Source of the DNA: Candidatus Marinacidobacterium sp.
Lineage (GTDB): Bacteria > Acidobacteriota > Vicinamibacteria > Marinacidobacterales > Marinacidobacteraceae
Direction: 5' to 3'
Length of the DNA stretch: 64,000 nucleotides
NCBI GenBank assembly: GCA_965220965.1
Contig: CBDCRI010000001.1
Location: 96,001-160,000, forward strand
In this document: one piece after another, positions 1 to 9,061 of the stretch
Position numbering within the stretch: the first letter of the stretch is position 1
How the letters are laid out: every line of letters starts with the position of its first letter
Program-made: the position numbers and the translations under genes
Notes under the pieces: model-generated
Told to the model about the DNA's origin: nothing
The model's input: only the letters and a program-made list of their open reading frames with translations
Databases searched by the model: none

Positions 1-3000
1 TCGAGCGGCGGCGGGCGCGCTTGGCGTCCTTCACGCTCCCCTCCAGGGACCTGCGCCGCGCCGCGAAGCGCTCGGGCTCGAGCTGCTCCGTGAGCTGCCG
101 ATGGACCATGCCGGCCATGCGCCCGAGCCGGTACGCGTCGCGGAAGCGGACCTCCGACTCCAGCAGCACCTCCGCGCCCTGCACAATGACCGAGAAGCGC
201 CGGGGCGGGTCGGCGGCGAGCTCCGCCGCGGCGCCTTCAGGGCGCAGCGCGACCCTGCAGGGCAGGCCGCCCAGGGTCCCCAGCGACCAAGCGCTGGTTG
301 TCCCGGCCTCGCGCTCCGGCGGGGCGCCCGCCTCGATCTCCGCGGCCAGGGCGCGCAGGCGGTCGCGGAAGCCCTCGAACCCGCCCTCGCCGGGCGCGGG
401 GCGGGCCGCCTCGTCGGCGGCCAGGCCCTCAAGGCGGCGGCGCACCCCGTCGAGCTCCTTGTCGAAGGCGCGCACGCGCTCCGCGTGCTGCGCCACCCGG
501 CGCTCGTGCTCGGCCTCGTTGCGGGCGATCACGGCGAGCGTCTTGCGCTCCAGCATCAGGTCGTAGGTCGCCTTGGAGCCGGCGGCGAGCGCCTTGAGCT
601 CCTCGTAGCCCATGGCGGCCTCCGAGGACAGGTCCTCCATGCTGCGCTCCAGCAGCCGGCCGCGGCGCAGGTCGTCGAGCATCTTCTGCTTCACCTCCAG
701 GGTCTGCCAGACCTTGGCGTCGGTGGTGCGCTCGCTGGCGTAGCGGACGATCTCCACCTCGAAGCCCGCCACCTGCTCGACCAGCCGGTTGCCGGTCCGC
801 AGGATGCGCCCGTCGCGCTGCTCCATGTCCGCCGGGCGCCACGGGGCGTCCAGGTGGTGCACGGCGGTGAGGCGCTCCTGCACGTTGACGCCGGTGCCCA
901 TCTTCGCGGTCGAGCCGACCAGCACGCGCACCCGGCCCTCGCGGCAGGCGTCGAACAGCGCCTGGCGCCGCCCCAGCGTGCCTGCGTCGTGCACGAACGC
1001 CACCTCCGCGGGCGGCACGCCGCGGCGGCACAGCTCCAGCTTGAGGTCGTTGTAGACGTCGTAGGGGCGCTCCGGGTCGTCGAACGGGGAGCCCGCGGCA
1101 AGGAACTCGGCGTCCGGCACCTTCGACTTCGGCACGGCCAGGTCGCAGAACACCAGCTGCAGCCCGCGCTGCGCCTCCCAACGGCGCCACAGGCCGGCGA
1201 TGCGGTCGGCCGCCGCGCGCAGCTTGGTCGGCTCGCCGTCGCCGATGTCGGCGTCGCGGCGGCGCAGGCGCACGCTCAGCGCCAGGTGCCGTCCGTCGTT
1301 GAGCACCGCCAGCACGCTGTCGCCCTCCTCCGGGCCGTCCCCCTCCTTGATGCGGCGCATGCGCTCCGTCAGCGACGCCATCGCGGCGCGCAGCGCCCGG
1401 CTGGGCTTGACGACCGCCATCTCCGGCCGGCCGCCGGCCACCGGGGGGATGTCCCACTGGGCGGCTTGCGCGTCCGCCATGTCGCTGCCCAGGCAGACGT
1501 CGGCGAAGCGCCGGTAGATGCCGGCGATCTCCGGCGTGTTGCGGAACCGCCGCAGCCGCTGGCGCGAGACCAGCCCGGTGCCGGCGTCGTCCACCTCGAT
1601 GTCCTCGGACACCTCGCCGTAGGTCTGCAGCCAGGCGGGGAAGTCCAGGTCGCCGCGCCGCTCCATCCCCTCCGGGTCCATGTAGCGCTGCAGCACCCAC
1701 ATCTCGGCCAGGCTGTTGGCGATCGGCGTGCCGCTGGCGAACACCGTCTTGCCCTGCGGGTGGGTCGCGTGCAGCGAGTCCGTGCATCGGAGCAGGAAGT
1801 CCGCCGCCTGCGCGCCCTGCGCCGAGAGCCCCGGCAGCCGGCGCGTGAAGCCGGGCAGGCTGATGGCCTTGAAGACGTGCGCCTCGTCCACGCAGAGCAC
1901 GTCGAACCCCAGCGCGGCGGGGTCGCAGCCGGCCCGGCGCAGCCGCAGAAGCCCGCTGTGCGGGAACACCGCCAGGTCCCAGCGGCCCTCCATCCGCGCC
2001 ACCGTGCGGTTCAGGTGCCCCGGCGCCAGGTCCGCCGGGGCGACGCGGAGCACCCGCGCCTCGGGGTAGAGGGCGTGGATCTCGCGCGCCCACTGCGACA
2101 GCAGGTGGTTGGGCACGCAGACCAAGGCCTTGTCGGCGATTCTGGCGTGCTGCGCGGAGCGGATGCCGGCCAGCGAGGCGAAGGTCTTGCCGGCCCCGAC
2201 CACGTGGTCGAGCAGCGTGCGCCGGTCGTGCAGGATGCGCGCCGCCGCCCGGCGCTGGTTCCAGCGCAGCTCCACGTCGCCGCTGGCGCCCGGGCAGCGC
2301 AGCAGCGCGCCGTCGTGCTCCCGGTGCCGGTAGCCGCCGTAGCGGCGGTTGTAGACCTCCTCCAGCACCTGGCGGCGCCCGGGGTCGCGCGGCACCCAGT
2401 CGCGGAACTCCCCCAGGATGCGGTCGCGCCGCTCCCGCGCCGACACGGTCGCCACCGGGTCGAGCACGTAGCGCCACTCGGACTGCCCCTCCTCGCCGAA
2501 GCGCGGGTTGGGCACGCGCTTGTTGACGGTGACGTCGCGGCCCTCCAGGCAGGCCTTCATGATCCGCACCGCGGTCATGCGGCCGATCCCGTAGTCCACG
2601 CGGTTGAGCGTTGCGAACTCCGCCCGGTCGCGCGGGCGGCCGACGGCGATGTCGCACTGGCGCGGCCGGCCCCGCCAGGTCAGCTTGGCGGCCGGGCTGG
2701 CCGGGGCGCCCAGCAGCAGGTGGTCGATGAACCGCTCGTGGATCGCGTCCGGCACCCAGGCGGCGCCGAAGGCGACGCTGATGGACTCGAACGGGATGCG
2801 CTCCGGCCGGGCGCGGTCGAGCGCCGCCAGTGAGGCGCGCAGCCGCCCGGCGCGCGCGCGCCCCTTGCGGGTGGCCGCCTCCGGCCCGCCCTCCAGGGCC
2901 GCCAGCGCGTTGCGCACGGCCTCGCGCCGGCCCTCCACGTCGCCGGACAGGAACGCCTCGCGGTGCGCCAGCCCGCCGTCCGGGCCAACGAAGCAGGCGC

Positions 3001-5158
3001 CCGCCTCCAGCGCCGCGGCGCAGAAGCCGCGCACCGACAGCCCGGTGGCCCTGGCGCACCAGCCGAGGTCGAGGCCGCCGCGCTCCGCCAGCGAGCGGTC
3101 CGCCGCCTCCTCCGGCGCCATCGGCCCCGGCAGCGGCGCCGGCGGGAACAGCAGGCGCCGCTCCAGCAGCGGCGAGCGCCACTCCCGGCCCATCTGCACG
3201 CCCTGCAGGGACAGGATGAGGTGGCCGTCCGGGTGGCCGGCCAGCAGGCGGCCGTTGCGCGGCGAGTCGATGCCCTGGGCGCTGCGGTGGGCGCCCAGGT
3301 GCTCCTCCACCGCGCCCCGCAGCCGGTCGCGCGCCTCTGCGATGTCGGCGGCCGGGGCGTCCGTCCCCTCCATGTCAAGCAGGGCGCGGGCCTGGCGCCC
3401 AAGCGCGGCCAGGCTGTCGCGGACGGCCCGTTCGGAGGCGGCGGGCGGCCGGTTCGGGTCGGGCGCCGGCCCGGGCTCCGGCGCCGGCGGACCGGGCTCG
3501 GCGTCGTGCGCCGCGGCGGCGTCCCTGGCGAAGGTCTCCAGCGAGCGGTGCTCCACCGCCAGCCTGTCCGCCACGCCGTCGGCGGCCGCCAGCGGGGCGG
3601 AGAAGGGCCGCGCGTTGGGCTCCGCCCGGCGCCGCAGGCGCACCGCGTGCAGGGCGCGGTTGGGCGCCTCCGGATCAGCCAGGCGGTGCCTGCGGTCGCC
3701 GCCGGCCCAGTCGCTGACGCGGGCCAGCCGCGCGCGCAGCGCCAGGCCGGTCCGGCTCCAGAAGTCGTCGCCGACCAAGGCCACGCACTCCGCCCCCGGG
3801 GGGAGGGCGGCGACCGCCTGCCGCAGGCAGGCGTGGCCCGTCGGGACGTGGCGCAGCTCGCCCTCCACCGGCAGGCTCGGGGCGTCGGCGACGAAGGCTC
3901 CGACGAACCCGGGCAGCGCCTCGCCGGGCGCGCCGAGCAGCCGCGGGCGCTCCGCGGCGGGGGACAGCAGACGGCCGATCTCGGCCTGGGCCGGATCGAG
4001 TGTCACCTGCGGCCCAGCGCCGCCCGGGACGTTGAGCCGCGCGGTCCCGTCCGGCATCCGCCCGGCGACGGCGGCGCCCGCCGCCGCCCAGCCCGCGGCG
4101 CGGTCCGGGTCGAACTCGGCCAGGTGCTCGAACAGCACCCAGTCGTCGTTGCGCGCCAGCTCCCGCAGGCGCGCCATCGAGGCCTTGACGGCGCCGCCGT
4201 CGGAAGGGTCGTCGGCCATGCCCTCGTGGACGTCGAAGGCGGCGGCCAGCCCCGTCCAGCCGCTGTAGCCGGCGAGCACGGCGCGGTCGCCCTCGGACAG
4301 CGGGGCGGGGTCGAGCAGGCGCTCCAGAGCGGCGACGTTGGCCGCCACGCGGGCGGCGAGGCCCTCGGGCGCGGGCGCCTCGGCCGCGGGCGCCCCAGGC
4401 GCCGGGCCTAGCGGCTCCCGTCCGGGGGTCCGCCAAGGAAGTCGAGCGCCTCCTTGGCCTCCTCCAGAATCGACAGCACCCGCGTCCCCCACGGTCGCCG
4501 GCCCCCCCGCATGTGGCGCTCCTGGATGGCCAGCATCTCGCGCAGCAGCGGCGCCGTCAGCGCCACCGGCGGGTCCATGTCCTGCGTCAGCATCACGTAG
4601 AGCTCGGTGATCAGCAGCTCCTCGGCCTGGTCCAGCAGCGAGCCGCCGGCGTTGCTTTGCGATGGCATCGAGGTCCTCCTTCAGCCAGTCCTGGGTGAGC
4701 CGGCCCTCCAGGTCCCCCTCGCCCAGGGCGGCCAGCAGGCCCTCGACGGAGCCGGCGCGCCGGCAGGCCTCGTCCATCCAGACGCGGAACTCGCCGCGGC
4801 TGCGGCAGGCCGGCGGCGGCCCGAGGTCGTCCCCGCCCGAGAACAGGCCGTGGCGCAGGGCGTCCTCCTCGTCGAAGAACAGCGGCCCGTCGAGCTCGAA
4901 CAGCCCGGCCTCGTCGGGCGCCTCCTCGAGGAACTCCGGGGCGCCGCCGCCAAGGCGCAGCCACAGCGGGTTGCGGCTGCCGTAGCGCCGCCGGCTGGCG
5001 CCCAGGTGGGCCTCGAGGGCCTGCACCGCGGCCAGCGAGTCGAACGGGGCCTCGCCGCGCCGAGCCTGCGCCACCGGGTGCGTGACGCAGGCGACCACGC
5101 CGCCGATCTCCGCCGAGTCCGTCCCCTGCCTGCGGGTCCGGAAGAACCTGCATCCCAT
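1..5158 (-). CDS. Large DarB-like SNF2/DEAH helicase with degenerate N6-MTase-like region (3' end runs off window; not in ORF track)
   Basis: Hand translation from ATG 5158 finds no in-frame stop to position 1. Motifs: ANVAALERL..LAGYSGWTG (DarB-type N-terminal motif), LLDHVVGAGKT, CVDEAH, FASGTPIANSLAEMW, LQLVFCDL, GSTAKMGTGVNVQ, PWRPADMEQRDGRILRTGN. Confidence 0.88.
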   Translation of the reverse strand, partial: MGCRFFRTRRQGTDSAEIGGVVACVTHPVAQARRGEAPFDSLAAVQALEAHLGASRRRYGSRNPLWLRLGGGAPEFLEEAPDEAGLFELDGPLFFDEEDALRHGLFSGGDDLGPPPACRSRGEFRVWMDEACRRAGSVEGLLAALGEGDLEGRLTQDWLKEDLDAIAKQRRRLAAGPGRGAADHRALRDADAGHGPAGGADGAAAARDAGHPGAPHAGGPATVGDAGAVDSGGGQGGARLPWRTPGREPLGPAPGAPAAEAPAPEGLAARVAANVAALERLLDPAPLSEGDRAVLAGYSGWTGLAAAFDVHEGMADDPSDGGAVKASMARLRELARNDDWVLFEHLAEFDPDRAAGWAAAGAAVAGRMPDGTARLNVPGGAGPQVTLDPAQAEIGRLLSPAAERPRLLGAPGEALPGFVGAFVADAPSLPVEGELRHVPTGHACLRQAVAALPPGAECVALVGDDFWSRTGLALRARLARVSDWAGGDRRHRLADPEAPNRALHAVRLRRRAEPNARPFSAPLAAADGVADRLAVEHRSLETFARDAAAAHDAEPGPPAPEPGPAPDPNRPPAASERAVRDSLAALGRQARALLDMEGTDAPAADIAEARDRLRGAVEEHLGAHRSAQGIDSPRNGRLLAGHPDGHLILSLQGVQMGREWRSPLLERRLLFPPAPLPGPMAPEEAADRSLAERGGLDLGWCARATGLSVRGFCAAALEAGACFVGPDGGLAHREAFLSGDVEGRREAVRNALAALEGGPEAATRKGRARAGRLRASLAALDRARPERIPFESISVAFGAAWVPDAIHERFIDHLLLGAPASPAAKLTWRGRPRQCDIAVGRPRDRAEFATLNRVDYGIGRMTAVRIMKACLEGRDVTVNKRVPNPRFGEEGQSEWRYVLDPVATVSARERRDRILGEFRDWVPRDPGRRQVLEEVYNRRYGGYRHREHDGALLRCPGASGDVELRWNQRRAAARILHDRRTLLDHVVGAGKTFASLAGIRSAQHARIADKALVCVPNHLLSQWAREIHALYPEARVLRVAPADLAPGHLNRTVARMEGRWDLAVFPHSGLLRLRRAGCDPAALGFDVLCVDEAHVFKAISLPGFTRRLPGLSAQGAQAADFLLRCTDSLHATHPQGKTVFASGTPIANSLAEMWVLQRYMDPEGMERRGDLDFPAWLQTYGEVSEDIEVDDAGTGLVSRQRLRRFRNTPEIAGIYRRFADVCLGSDMADAQAAQWDIPPVAGGRPEMAVVKPSRALRAAMASLTERMRRIKEGDGPEEGDSVLAVLNDGRHLALSVRLRRRDADIGDGEPTKLRAAADRIAGLWRRWEAQRGLQLVFCDLAVPKSKVPDAEFLAAGSPFDDPERPYDVYNDLKLELCRRGVPPAEVAFVHDAGTLGRRQALFDACREGRVRVLVGSTAKMGTGVNVQERLTAVHHLDAPWRPADMEQRDGRILRTGNRLVEQVAGFEVEIVRYASERTTDAKVWQTLEVKQKMLDDLRRGRLLERSMEDLSSEAAMGYEELKALAAGSKATYDLMLERKTLAVIARNEAEHERRVAQHAERVRAFDKELDGVRRRLEGLAADEAARPAPGEGGFEGFRDRLRALAAEIEAGAPPEREAGTTSAWSLGTLGGLPCRVALRPEGAAAELAADPPRRFSVIVQGAEVLLESEVRFRDAYRLGRMAGMVHRQLTEQLEPERFAARRRSLEGSVKDAKRARRRS
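4408..4668 (-). CDS. 86-aa hypothetical protein nested out of frame within the DarB-like gene
   Basis: AGGAGG 6 nt before the ATG; almost all codons end in G/C; helical, protein-like sequence. Confidence 0.6.
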   Translation of the reverse strand: MPSQSNAGGSLLDQAEELLITELYVMLTQDMDPPVALTAPLLREMLAIQERHMRGGRRPWGTRVLSILEEAKEALDFLGGPPDGSR

Positions 5159-5191
5159 GCGCTGCCCCCATGCGGTGTTGCTTCGCCGGGG

Positions 5192-5217
5192 ATTATAGGA
5201 ACCCGCCCGCCAGGCAG
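5192..5217 (-). promoter_or_regulatory. Putative promoter of the DarB-like gene (CTGCCT-N14-TATAAT)
   Basis: Perfect TATAAT in the short intergenic gap. Confidence 0.55.
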
Positions 5218-5234
5218 GCCTGCGCGCCGCGGGA

Positions 5235-5498
5235 TCAAAACCGCCGGTCGCGCTGGCGGTAGGGGCTGCGCACGTGGCGCGGGTTGCTCGCCGCCAAGTG
5301 GCGCAGCCCGCGCAGGATGGCGGATGGCGGGTAGCCGTGCCGGGCGAGCAGCGTCAGGACGACGGCGACGGCCGCCAGCACGGCCAGCGTCCAAGCCCTT
5401 GGATGCAGGAGGAAGGCCATGAACGGGAAGGTCGCGGAGGCGTCGACGAAGAAGAACTTGAGGGGCCGGCTGGCTTGGTTGTGGGCGGCGGCGCTCAT
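5235..5498 (-). CDS. icmT: IcmT/TraK family T4BSS membrane protein
   Basis: 87 aa; SRPLKFFFVDASATFPFMAFLLHPRAWT followed by a TM segment and GY, matching the IcmT pattern. Confidence 0.8.
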   Translation of the reverse strand: MSAAAHNQASRPLKFFFVDASATFPFMAFLLHPRAWTLAVLAAVAVVLTLLARHGYPPSAILRGLRHLAASNPRHVRSPYRQRDRRF

Positions 5499-5507
5499 GG
5501 GTCCGGC

Positions 5508-5536
5508 ATCCTACCGAAGGCCCCCGGAGGCGGCAA
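5508..5536 (-). promoter_or_regulatory. Sigma-70-type promoter TTGCCG-N17-TAGGAT for icmT
   Basis: Canonical spacing; -10 box ends 9 nt before the ATG. Confidence 0.5.
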
Positions 5537-5823
5537 GGCGTTGCAAATGGGCGGCGACCGCATGAAGTGGCCGGGCGCGCTTGGTCGGATTCGGGGGCAA
5601 CGCCCAGGGCTGCCTTCTCATGGCCCCATCGCCCTCGCCGGCGACGCCTCGCGCTTCACCGACCGCCACGGACGCTCGATCAAACGGTTTTGCGGATCCA
5701 CCGGCCCCGGCCATCGCTGCCGACCCGGACGCCCCTTCGATCCTTGCGCACGGGACTTGCAGCGCTTTTCGAACGGCTTGCGATGCCCTATGCTGCAAAG
5801 CTTGGACTACAGAGGGGGGCATC

Positions 5824-6975
5824 TTGAGCGATTCTCTGCTTTCGCAACTGCGCGCCTACGCCTCGGAAGTGCAGGACTTCGTGCAGGACTGCACCAACGA
5901 GGAGCAGACCAAGCTCACGCTCGTCAATCGCTACCTTGAGGTCCTGGGGTTCGATGTCAGGAATCCCAGGCAGGTGCTGGTGGAGTACCAAACGGGCTTG
6001 GGCAAGGGCGTGGAACGGGTCGACTACGCGGTCCTTGAGGATGGCGAGCCGGCGATACTGATCGAGGCCAAGTCCGCGACCGCGCGCCTGACCCAGCGGT
6101 CCCCGACGCCCCAATTGCGGCGTTACGCCATCGACACGCCGAGCGTGCGCTACGTCGCGATCACGAACGGCGTGGAGTGGGAGTGGTACTTCAAGAACGA
6201 GGCGGGAAGGCCCGCCGAGCGGCCCTTTCTGGTGGTCGAGGCCCTGCGTCCGCGCAAGAGCGACGCTGAGTGGCTGTCGAAGCTAAGCACGCGCACGATG
6301 CACCAGGACACGTTTCAGGCGGCGCGCGCCAAGTACCTTAGGAAGCAGTTGATTGATTGGTTCGACCAGGCCCAGCACGCGCCTTCGGACGCGCTGCTGC
6401 GCCTCGTCGGCCGGGAGATCGACCGCCCGGTTCGGCCATCCCAGTTGGATGAGGCCCGGGCGCAGTGGGTGGGCGCCTGCGACCAAGCAAGGGAGGACTG
6501 GCTGCAGGAGAGGCTCGAGCGGGCGCAGCGCGCCGAGGACCAGAAGCAGGACGAACCCGAGGCGCCGGGCACCGCGGACGGGGATCATGAGTCGGCCCGC
6601 AGCCTGAGGTGCCAGGCGCGCGTGCCGGACGGCGACGCCAGGACCTTTGGCAACGCGACGGAACTGATGCTGTTCGTGGTCGAGCACTGCGCGGGCCACC
6701 ATCGCGAAGGCGAGCGGGCCTATCTGGCCGCGGTGGCCAAGCCGATGGCGGCGACCGGATCGCGCAAGGCGCTGATCGGGCCCGATGAGCAGGTCGATGC
6801 AAAAGAGCTAAGGCGCTACTCCCGAAAAACGTACAAAGGGCACCGTATCTTCAAGAACCTCAGCAACCCCCGCAAGCGGGCGTTGATCGAATCCCTGCTG
6901 TCCGCCTGCACGCTGGCCGACGGGTCCAGCCCGGCCCTCGGCAGGCATCTGGAGATCGAACTGCCCAACACGTGA
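5824..6975 (+). CDS. HsdR_N-type PD-(D/E)XK nuclease with a SeqA-like C-terminal domain
   Basis: NEEQTKLTLV..LEVLGFDV..VDYAV..ILIEAK..ITNGVEW; C-terminal HRIFKNLSNPRKRALIESLL; start reassigned to TTG 5824; lower GC than flanks. Confidence 0.75.
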   Translation: MSDSLLSQLRAYASEVQDFVQDCTNEEQTKLTLVNRYLEVLGFDVRNPRQVLVEYQTGLGKGVERVDYAVLEDGEPAILIEAKSATARLTQRSPTPQLRRYAIDTPSVRYVAITNGVEWEWYFKNEAGRPAERPFLVVEALRPRKSDAEWLSKLSTRTMHQDTFQAARAKYLRKQLIDWFDQAQHAPSDALLRLVGREIDRPVRPSQLDEARAQWVGACDQAREDWLQERLERAQRAEDQKQDEPEAPGTADGDHESARSLRCQARVPDGDARTFGNATELMLFVVEHCAGHHREGERAYLAAVAKPMAATGSRKALIGPDEQVDAKELRRYSRKTYKGHRIFKNLSNPRKRALIESLLSACTLADGSSPALGRHLEIELPNT

Positions 6976-6990
6976 CCGGCGGGCCGCGCC

Positions 6991-7980
6991 TCAGGGCGGG
7001 GCAAGGGCCGAGCGGATGGAGCGGGCGACGGCCAGCGCAAGCGGCGGCGGCACCGCCTCGCTGACCTGGTCGATCTGCGCGGAGAGGGTTCCCTCCAGGA
7101 CGAAGTCGTCGGGAAACCCCTGCAGCCTCATGGCCTCGAAGACGCTCAGCCGGCGCGTGCCGGTCGGATGCACGTGCACTTCGCGGTGGCCGTAGGAGAC
7201 GGCGACGCTCGGCCTGTCCCACGCAAGCACCTTGAAGCTTCTGGCGGACGTCTGGCCCTCCGCCAGCGTTCCGTCGAAGAACTTGCGGGACCGCGGCGCC
7301 ATGCACCAATGGTTCTCGTGGAAGGGGATGGCGTCCCGGTCCATGCCCGCTGCGAAGAGGGCGGGCTGGGGCAGGCGGCCGATGGCATCCGCGACGGTGC
7401 GCCGCGGTCCGCCGCCGATCGGGGGCGAGAAGCGCTCCATGGCGCGGCCGGCCTTGGGAAAGGCCAGCACGAACAGCCGGCGGCGGCGCTGCGGCACCGC
7501 GTGCGCGGCGGCGTCGGCGACGAACGCGCGCACGTCGAAGCCGCTCCCCTCCAGGCGCTCGACCTCCCGGCCCAGCAGGCGGCCGTCCCGGAACCCCGCC
7601 AGTTCGGGCACGTTCTCCATGAGGATGAACCGAAGGGGGCCGCGGCGCCGGTGCAGGCACAGCGCCAAGGTGAAGAAGCGGCGGACCGCAGCGCTGCGGG
7701 GGTCGCCGGGCGGGCGGGTCCGGCTCGCGCGCGAGAAGGGCTGGCAGGGCGGGCCGCCGACCACGCCGGCCGGGGCGAACCGGCCGCCGTGGTGGCGGTC
7801 CATGTCCGCGATTCCGACCTCCCGCAGGTCGGCGACCCGCCCGCGGCCCGCGCCGTCGCGGTTGCGGTTCCAGGAGCGGACCGCGCTTTCGCGCAGGTCG
7901 TAGGCCAGCCCCACGCGAAAGCCGGCGCGCTCGAAGCCCAGGTCCAGCCCGCCGCAGCCGGCGTACAGGGAAAGCAGCAC
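6991..7980 (-). CDS. dcm: DNA (cytosine-5)-methyltransferase
   Basis: LYAGCGG, GGPPCQPFS, MENV, PQRRRR, RRLSVFEAMRLQGFPDDF, QVSEAVPP. Confidence 0.92.
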   Translation of the reverse strand: MLLSLYAGCGGLDLGFERAGFRVGLAYDLRESAVRSWNRNRDGAGRGRVADLREVGIADMDRHHGGRFAPAGVVGGPPCQPFSRASRTRPPGDPRSAAVRRFFTLALCLHRRRGPLRFILMENVPELAGFRDGRLLGREVERLEGSGFDVRAFVADAAAHAVPQRRRRLFVLAFPKAGRAMERFSPPIGGGPRRTVADAIGRLPQPALFAAGMDRDAIPFHENHWCMAPRSRKFFDGTLAEGQTSARSFKVLAWDRPSVAVSYGHREVHVHPTGTRRLSVFEAMRLQGFPDDFVLEGTLSAQIDQVSEAVPPPLALAVARSIRSALAPP

Positions 7981-8054
7981 GGGGCGCCTGCCCTAGGCCC
8001 TTCGGGCGGCCCGCGCGCCGCGGGGCCGGCAGGGGCCCGCGGCGGCGGCCGGGC

Positions 8055-9029
8055 TCACAGGTCCAGCGCCCGCTGGCGCGCCCTGGCCGGCCGCATCGGC
8101 CCCCGCGCCGACGGGTCGTAGCGCTCGAACGGCAGGGCCTTGTGGATGCCGCGGACCGCCCAGCGCTGGAAGCGCTTGAGGTCCTTGCGGCGCGGGTCGT
8201 AGACCATCGGGTAGGGCTTGATGCCGCGCTCCACCATGCGGTCGAAGCGGTGCTGGACGTCGGCCATCGTCTCGCCCTTGGCGTAGCCGGTGAGCATGTA
8301 CGCCATCACCCGGGACGGCGGGATGCCGGCCGCCTCCAGCCGGTCGATGCCGTCGAAGAACACGCGCTCCTGGCCCAGGCTGTCCCACGCGGTGTACAGC
8401 CGGCGCCGCACGAAGTCCTTGTCGCGGCAGTCCATGGAGGCCAGCGCCGCGGCCGCCTCGTCGTCGATCAGGCGCACGTTGACGCCCTGCGAGAGGCACA
8501 CCGCGAAGCCGCCGGCGTTGATGTCGGCGACGTGCCGCCGCCACTCCGGGATGCCGAAGAAGTCGTTGTCGAGCACGTGCAGGTGGCGGGGGTGCGGCTC
8601 GCCGCGCCACAGCTCGGCCACCGTCTGGTTGGGCCTGGGCCGCCCCTCCTTGCGCGGCACCACGCAGAAGCCGCAGCGCAGCCGGCAGCCGCGCTGCAGG
8701 AAGCCCAGGCTGTAGGACACCTCCGGGTGGTCGGCGTAGTCCGCCGCCTCGCCGATGCCGGGCACCGCCCCCTCCAGCGTCAGGGCGGCGTCCACGCCGG
8801 TGCCGCCGACCAGCGCGCCCGGGAACTCGCGGCGGAAGGCGGCCACCTTGCGCGCCGTGGTCGAGAACACCGCGCTGCCGTAGACCCGGTCGTAGGGCCG
8901 CTCGAACAGGCCGGGGCGGGCGCTGCGCGCGTAGACGACCTCATCGCCCCTGGCCCGGTGCCAGGCGGCCAGCCGCATGCAGGCCAGGTTGGGCATTCGC
9001 CCGTCGAGCTGGGTGACGCGCACGCGCAT
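8055..9029 (-). CDS. Radical SAM protein (phage/MGE type with N-terminal DGxxPNLAxMRL domain)
   Basis: RGCRLRCGFCVVPRKEG (CxxxCxxC), LDNDFFG; true start MRVRVTQLDG at 9029. Confidence 0.85.
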   Translation of the reverse strand: MRVRVTQLDGRMPNLACMRLAAWHRARGDEVVYARSARPGLFERPYDRVYGSAVFSTTARKVAAFRREFPGALVGGTGVDAALTLEGAVPGIGEAADYADHPEVSYSLGFLQRGCRLRCGFCVVPRKEGRPRPNQTVAELWRGEPHPRHLHVLDNDFFGIPEWRRHVADINAGGFAVCLSQGVNVRLIDDEAAAALASMDCRDKDFVRRRLYTAWDSLGQERVFFDGIDRLEAAGIPPSRVMAYMLTGYAKGETMADVQHRFDRMVERGIKPYPMVYDPRRKDLKRFQRWAVRGIHKALPFERYDPSARGPMRPARARQRALDL

Positions 9030-9061
9030 GCGGGGACCGGGCGGGGCGGGCCGGGGCCGCC

